Assembly (NCBI RefSeq): GCF_041146345.1
Contig: NW_027191407.1
Span: forward strand, 124,001-188,000
Source of the DNA: Neodothiora populina
Taxonomy: Eukaryota
Direction: 5' to 3'
Length of the DNA: 64,000 bases
Under the pieces are notes generated by a model that was not told the origin of the DNA, made no database searches, and worked only from the letters and a program-made list of their open reading frames with translations. The translations under genes and the position numbers were made by a program. This document shows positions 58,110 to 64,000 of this stretch, piece after piece; positions within the stretch are counted from its first letter, which is position 1; each line of letters opens with the position of its first letter.

Positions 58110-58917
58110 TCAGCCCATCACAGGGTTGTAAGCATGTCTTCCCCTAACTTTCTGTAGCGAACACGAACGGAAAACGCCAAAGTCAGCCAAACCATCACTC
58201 GAAGCGGCAGAATAAAGAAACGAAGCACAAACCTCAACGACGCCCCCCAAAAACCCGCCCACGAAGCTCCACGCGAGCAACCCAACGGTAAGTCCCAGGA
58301 ACCCCCAGACAATAACCTGATCCTTGACACTGTCCCTCTGAAAACAAGTCGCAAAGACGACGTCCTCGATCCTGTCGTCCGCGGCTGACACCGATGATGC
58401 AGAACCAGAAGCAGCGCCTCGACCAGGTTTCGTCGAAGCCGAAGAAGAGGCAGACAGAGCCTTTATGCCCGCGCAGATAGGTAGGTTATAATCAAGACAG
58501 AACTGGCGATTACAGTCGGCGCAAGTGCGCTGTTTCTTCTTGTTGCCGCCGGACTTGTGTTTTTCGCCGTCGTTGTCTTTGGTGTTGCCATCATCTGCTG
58601 ATCTCGGCGGAGCTTTCGTTGTCGTCCACAAGGCGGAGAAGAGGCGCTGTTGGAGCGGCGCCGAAGCGGAAGACACGGGGTCGTTGAGCGGGATGATGGT
58701 GCTGTTCGAGTAGCAGGTGCATTTACAGAAGGACGGGGGCGCTGCGCATGGGAGTAAGTAGTGGGTTTGAGGAGCTGGCTGGGTCTTCTTCTGTTTGGCA
58801 TATGCTGGCGACGGAATGTGGAAAAGTAAGGTACATACTGGCGCATGAAACTGGGTTTACGGCAAATACTGATATCAATGCCAGTGTAAGGCAGAGCAGG
58901 GATATCCGTGACTTCAT
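58110..58917 (-). CDS. Small Cys-rich single-pass membrane protein of unknown function (3 exons)
   Basis: Signal peptide MKSRISLLCLTLALISVFA; FCKCTC..NSTIIPL, TCADCNRQFCL, PIC, TCFQRDS; C-terminal TM; tail KVRGRHAYNPVMG*. Confidence 0.7.
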
Positions 58918-59382
58918 GCTTGTTGCACTTTCAATACCCTATTACTACGGTACAGATACTCTACGTAGACTGTAAAGATGCGAAACCCCAGCTGGATGCT
59001 AGATGCAGTCTGGGAAAAGGGAGATCAATTATGGTTAGCATCGAGAAAGTTAGGTAGCTCATGAGAATAATACTCGACCGTCATATGTCACGGTCCCCGG
59101 AGGCTAATCGCGAAAGTCTCGCCAAGAAACGCGGAGAAGGAAGGAACCCTTGCCGATCACTGCCTGTTCGGGATAAGGTAATGGTAGGGTACTCCGCCAT
59201 TGACCTGCGAACTGCCCCCCCATCCGTCATGGGGTAACGTCTGTTTGTCTATTCTTAGATTCTTTGTCTAGTCGTATTCACCCATTCATCCACTGCGTTA
59301 CACGCTCACCACTCCGCTCTGTCCGCACATCGCAACAAAAGTACCCTCTGCTGTGACAAGGAGAACCACTTCCGGAACGACA

Positions 59383-60960
59383 ATGGCGGCGGCGGCGGCG
59401 CCGGCGACTTCGCCTCGACCCGGCCAATTCGACATCCGCAACATCTCAGCCTGCCCCATTCACCTGGGACGCAGTGCTCTGAAAGACACGACGACGAGTC
59501 CGAGCGGATTCACGAGCGTGCAATACAACCACAAACCGGCCTTATCAGACGGCCGAGCGACAGTGACGTCCATCGACGCCTCAGGCGCCGCCAGCAACAA
59601 CCTCCAATCACTGACAATCGAAGACGGCGACGACGAATACCGCTACAAAGGCTCGCGAGCACAGGGGGACCACGCATACATCTTATTGCCGGATAAAGAA
59701 GGAGACGGATACGTGCTGGAGAAGCTGGACGCGAGCTACCATTTCAACCTTACCAAAGCGCCATGGGAGTCGAATACGCAGACTCTAGCGGAGTGGTATC
59801 CGCAAGTAGTGACCGCAGACGGCGGAGCAGACGAGGCGACTGAACTGTTCGGCGAAGGTGGTGGCGGCGATGCGGACCACAAAGACGAAGCCGCCATGGA
59901 AGGCGACGCGGACACGGATAATCCATTTGATTTCAGACACTACCTACACATCTCCGACACGCCGAGTCCGCAGACGCGGCCAGCGAGGGGTGGTGGAGGC
60001 GGGAAGATAGGAACACCGTCGAGCGTCGCCTCTCAACCATCCACGCGGACCAACACCCCCGTGGTGCGAACGGCAAAGAAACCCACCTCGGCATTCGCGT
60101 CGCAAGAAAAGCGACTGCGAGCCAAAGCCAAAGCGAAGCCCAAACCCGTCGTCGAGCGCCCGCAGCAATCGCAATCGAAACGCATGAGAATGTCCCCGGA
60201 AGCCGAAACCGAACAAGCCTCCAGAAGACCAGCCGCGACAGATATCCCGACCGTCCGCCTCGATCGCCGCGCCTCGACTCGCGTCTCAGCCCCGACGGCA
60301 GACACCCACGCCAACAACAAAAAACCCGGCCGACGCAGTCTCACAACAACAACAGACGCCCCCGACAACGGCTACGACGAAGAAGAAGAAGATGAAGAAT
60401 ACGACGAAGTCGACGACGACGGCGACCTCGTCTTAGAAGGCGACGCGCCTTCGTCCCAGCGCAACCAGCGCTCTCTGGGCCTCGCGCTATCCGGCGCACT
60501 CGGCGGGCCGCGCAGCCTACAAAGTGCGGCGAGCAGTCCCGCGAGTCATATCAACTCTCCGCACGCGCGGAGTCATGCTAGGAGTCATCTGCAGGAGTCA
60601 CATGTCGATACGGACGGGGAGGAACTCGAGCTTGATGACGATGACGATGATGAGGTGCAAGACGCGAGCGATGGGGAGTTGCAGACGGAGGATGAGGATG
60701 TCCAGCAGGATATGGATGCCATGTCTGAGGCTGAAGCCGTCATTGCTGCAGACGACGATCAGGATGTGGATGAGATTCATCTGCCGAGTCCGGCGCAGGT
60801 GCATCGGCCTAGCGTCAGTAATGCCGTCGTCACGACCGCCGCTGCTGACGACGATGACGATTTGGAGAATCAGATGTTGTTGGCCCTCGAGGGCGGAGAC
60901 GACGACATGTCGGGTCAGCAGCAGGCTGCTGAGAGCGAGGAAGAGAGTGAGGAGGAGTAG
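59383..60960 (+). CDS. ELL-associated factor (EAF)-domain RNA polymerase II elongation factor
   Basis: PIHLG, FTSVQYNHKP, YRYKG, YVLEKLDASYHFNL, NPFDFRHYL; acidic tail ending ESEEESEEE. Confidence 0.7.
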   Translation: MAAAAAPATSPRPGQFDIRNISACPIHLGRSALKDTTTSPSGFTSVQYNHKPALSDGRATVTSIDASGAASNNLQSLTIEDGDDEYRYKGSRAQGDHAYILLPDKEGDGYVLEKLDASYHFNLTKAPWESNTQTLAEWYPQVVTADGGADEATELFGEGGGGDADHKDEAAMEGDADTDNPFDFRHYLHISDTPSPQTRPARGGGGGKIGTPSSVASQPSTRTNTPVVRTAKKPTSAFASQEKRLRAKAKAKPKPVVERPQQSQSKRMRMSPEAETEQASRRPAATDIPTVRLDRRASTRVSAPTADTHANNKKPGRRSLTTTTDAPDNGYDEEEEDEEYDEVDDDGDLVLEGDAPSSQRNQRSLGLALSGALGGPRSLQSAASSPASHINSPHARSHARSHLQESHVDTDGEELELDDDDDDEVQDASDGELQTEDEDVQQDMDAMSEAEAVIAADDDQDVDEIHLPSPAQVHRPSVSNAVVTTAAADDDDDLENQMLLALEGGDDDMSGQQQAAESEEESEEE

Positions 60961-61211
60961 TAATGTTAGCAGTAGCAATAGACAGTGTCTCGCTTGAATT
61001 GGGAGAAGAACTCAAAGTCATCTCACTGCCACCATGTTTTTTCGTCATATTGCTCAACACTGTGTCTATCCATGCCACACGTGCTTGTGGGCAATCTCTC
61101 AGGGATTACTCTTATGTGGCAAAACAAAACAAAACAAAACACAAAGTGAAATGTACACATCTGAACATGCGCACTTGCTGCATTATTATACATTTGCCAA
61201 CTAACGCACGT

Positions 61212-62659
61212 CTACTTGTAAAAGTCAAACTTGTCCGCCTCCGACGCACCCTTGACCTGGCTGGTGTAGGCGTCTTCCAGATCTTGCTGGATGATGTTGT
61301 ACCTGTTCTTTCTCACGGCGCGTAGGCCGGCTTCCTGCATGATGGCGGAAATAACGGCACCACTGAGGGGATCGTTGCGCACGATCAAGCTGTCGAGGTC
61401 GACCTCTGGGCTCAAGCTCATCTTACTCGCAATAGTGGAGAAAATAAGTCTTCGCTCGCGACGGTCGCGAAGGTTGGGGAACTCGATCTTTCGGTCAAGA
61501 CGACCGGGACGGAGAAGGGCGGGATCCAGAGTGTCGGCTCGGTTGGTGGCCATAATGACCTTGACATTGCTCGTCTGGTCGAAGCCGTCCATCTGGTTCA
61601 GCAACTCGAGCAAGATACGCTGGACTTCTCTGTCCGCACCGGTCTGAGCGTCGAAACGCTTGGTGGCAATGGCATCGATTTCATCAATGAAAATGATCGA
61701 GGGGCTGTTCTCCCTGGCCATGCGGAAAACGTCGCGGACCATGCGAGGACCTTCACCGAGGTATTTCTGGACAAACTCGGAGCCGACGACACGGATGAAG
61801 GAAGCAGTGGTGCTGTTTGCGACGGCCTTGACGAGCATGGTCTTTCCGGTACCGGGCGGACCATACAACAACACACCGCGGGGAGGGTCGATTCCTATTT
61901 GCTTGTACAGGTCGAAGTGTGTCAACGGTAGCTCGACGGCTTCCCTGATCTCTTGTTTCTGCATGTCCAGACCTCCCACATCGGCATATGAGATATCCGG
62001 CTTCTCGTCGGCGCCAAGCATGGCAATCGAGGAGTCGGCTTCGGGGGGTAGAATGTCGACTAGGGAGTTGGAGTGACGGTGTAAGGCGACAGAAGATGAG
62101 GGCTTGAGCAATTCGCGATCGAGGGTCGAGAGAATGCGGACGACATAGTTGGAACCTGTCGAGGATTGCACGATACCAGTGCTGCACAGCCGTCAGTCGG
62201 GCTCTCTGCTGCCTTAGTCACCGAGAAATGTATCTTACTTTTGGTCGATGGCTTCCATGAATTGGCCTATGACGAGAGGCACACTCTGTATCCGCTTGAT
62301 CTCCTCCTGTGCACGGACGAGCTCCCTCTTCAGACTCCTGTTGAGTTGTCAGTATTGAATGTGTGCGGTGACAGTAGAGAATAGTGTGGACGAACCTCTG
62401 CTCATCCTTGATGTATTCCTCTTGAAGCTTGATATATCTGCACGGAGTCAGCAAAGAGTGGCAGTGACAGCCACAGCCAAGGGCAGACGCAAAGACAAAC
62501 GCACTCTAGCTGTCTCTGGAGCTTCTTGAATGTGGTGTAGTGATCGCCAGAAGCAGTGCCAAAGCCCTCGAGTGATTCGAGATTAGGCATGGTTGATGCG
62601 AGCTGTTTCTTGTGCGGCGGCACTGTGTTCAGCGGACTTTCGGTTGCGACATCAGCCAT
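61212..62659 (-). CDS. RPT3: 26S proteasome AAA ATPase Rpt3 (subunit 6B), multi-exon
   Basis: [62 protein letters not shown]-terminal FDFYK. Confidence 0.96.
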
Positions 62660-63119
62660 GTCGAAGTTTGGTTTTCCGTGTCTTTGTGTCTAGTAGCCGA
62701 GTGTTTCGTTTTGTAGCCAGAAAGCAAGACGTTTGATGTCTGATGGCTCAGTGATGGATGTTGTGATGGTGGAGTGAATAGGTGGTGGTTGACGACTTGA
62801 TGGCGAATGCAGCAGGTGCCAGGTGCCAGGTGCCTCTCACAGACAGCAACTGCAGCTGCAGGCAGTCGCGCGTCAATGTCACTACGTACTTGTGGCTTCC
62901 ACATCCATGGAGAAACGCCGGATCTTCTCTCATTGTCTTGGCAGCCGCCTCGGAATTGCATCGCAGAGACATTCATCATGGGCATATAATATTATTGTAA
63001 AGACACCCATCACCACCTTCTATCGCCCAGCAGGATTGCCCGAAATAGCCACTACATACCGCGAGCCGTAACACTTCAATCTGCAAAAGCATACCTGCGG
63101 CAATTGCCAGACCGTCAAA

Positions 63120-63536
63120 ATGTTCAGCCTTGCCAGCCGCGCGCTCTTCCGAGCAACCTCCTCCATCTGCACACGCTCAGTTCAAACAACGCAATTCAGC
63201 ACAAGGGCCTCTCTCATCAGCACGACATCACTTCTGGCTCTCGCACGGCCGATACCTACACAGATCATCCCATGGGCGACGCAACAAAGAGGCATGAAGG
63301 TGCGAAGCTCGGTCAAGAAGCTATGTGATGGCTGCAAGGTAAGACTACCCGTCATGACCAATATTGGTTTCTAGCGAGAGCATCATGGCTGAGTTGAGAT
63401 GTAGAGTGTACGAAGGAAGGGTGGCAGATATGTCTACATCATCTGCAGCAAGAACCCCAAGCACAAGCAGAGGTAAGCGCGAATCGTGAAATCAGAAGTG
63501 TATGTCAAGATACTGACAAACCTCAGGCAAGGATAA
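63120..63536 (+). CDS. RTC6: Mitochondrial ribosomal protein bL36m (3 exons)
   Basis: Presequence then MKVRSSVKKLCDGCK|SVRRKGGRYVYIICSKNPKHKQR|QG*. Confidence 0.9.
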
Positions 63537-63663
63537 GGGACGGTAGACCATCAATTTTTGTATTATACTCATACCCAGCATATTCCAGCGTCAGGTTGAT
63601 TAGGCTTCCAACAAACTACTTGTACCAAAAAAAATTCCAACAGCTCGCCATGTGCGTGTCTTG

Positions 63664-64000
63664 CTACAAATCTGGATCGATGTGCATCTTGAACTTCTTG
63701 TTGGCGCGATCCGGCGCTCTCATCTCGAATTGACTGCCATGTAATTCGAAGACCAGTGGCTTTGACCTCATTTCATCTGTCTCATTCCCTGCCGCTCCGC
63801 TCTTGTTTTGTAATGGCAGCTCGAAGCGGAACACAGTGTGCTCCTTGGGCACTCTTTTGACTTCATTCTTTGCAGTGATGATCTCGAACGTGAATTTCGT
63901 ATCCTTGAGCACGATGCCCTTGATACCAACTCTGCCCACACACCTACTGCGCACGACTTCCACCAGCGCACCATGAAAGTCGGCACTTGCCAGCATTGGT
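63664..64000 (-). CDS. POP4: RNase P/MRP subunit Pop4/Rpp29 (3' part only; runs off the window)
   Basis: LASADFHGALVEVVRSRC..RVGIKGIV..DTKFTF, VPKEHTVFRF, ELHGSQF..RA..RANKKFK. Confidence 0.9.
   Translation of the reverse strand, partial: PMLASADFHGALVEVVRSRCVGRVGIKGIVLKDTKFTFEIITAKNEVKRVPKEHTVFRFELPLQNKSGAAGNETDEMRSKPLVFELHGSQFEMRAPDRANKKFKMHIDPDL

Noticed and set aside
62660..63119. Rpn4/PACE element upstream of RPT3; (CAGGTGC)3 at 62813-62833
   Set aside because: No exact GGTGGCAAA was found (only GATGGCGAA-like), and the heptamer repeat has no supportable function.
1..64000. tRNA, rRNA, snoRNA, TPP riboswitch, transposon, CRISPR, or stop-codon readthrough PTS1 (TGA CTA)
   Set aside because: None was recognised by eye, and the stop contexts I checked lacked the readthrough motif. 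tRNAscan-SE, Infernal/Rfam and RepeatMasker would be needed to exclude small elements.

Overview
A gene-dense, intron-containing stretch of a filamentous ascomycete genome (Pezizomycotina; Dothideomycete-like by protein appearance, not verified). About 33 protein-coding genes can be supported. Most are conserved housekeeping genes: importin-13/Kap122-like, SNF8, PFD1, OHCU decarboxylase, GPN3, isocitrate lyase, arginase, BCP1, YciI-like, PCS60, a GH47 EDEM/Mnl1, an aldo-keto reductase, DUG3, HIU hydrolase, FYV4, KEI1, SPO7, ALG8, MED9, TAD1, NDUFAF5, GT8, TRP4, NDUFB3, mt-IF3, EAF, RPT3, bL36m and a partial POP4. An accessory-looking block at about 36-48.5 kb holds two divergent BTB/POZ-like orphans, a pirin and a large secreted modular gene. 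Two observations stand out. (1) The ORFs at 46222-48474 and 43478-45877 join in frame through a canonical 359-nt intron into one predicted ~1530-aa secreted protein with Thr-rich repeats, five 4-Cys modules, GYDFLTQSLISL repeats and many dibasic (Kex2-type) sites. (2) The isocitrate lyase gene has an in-frame CTG in strong initiation context 54 nt upstream of its ATG, which would add an exact PTS2 peroxisomal signal (RLKQIAAQL). I recognised no tRNA, rRNA, transposon or CRISPR. All family assignments are by eye from motifs, and exon boundaries were inferred from splice consensus only.
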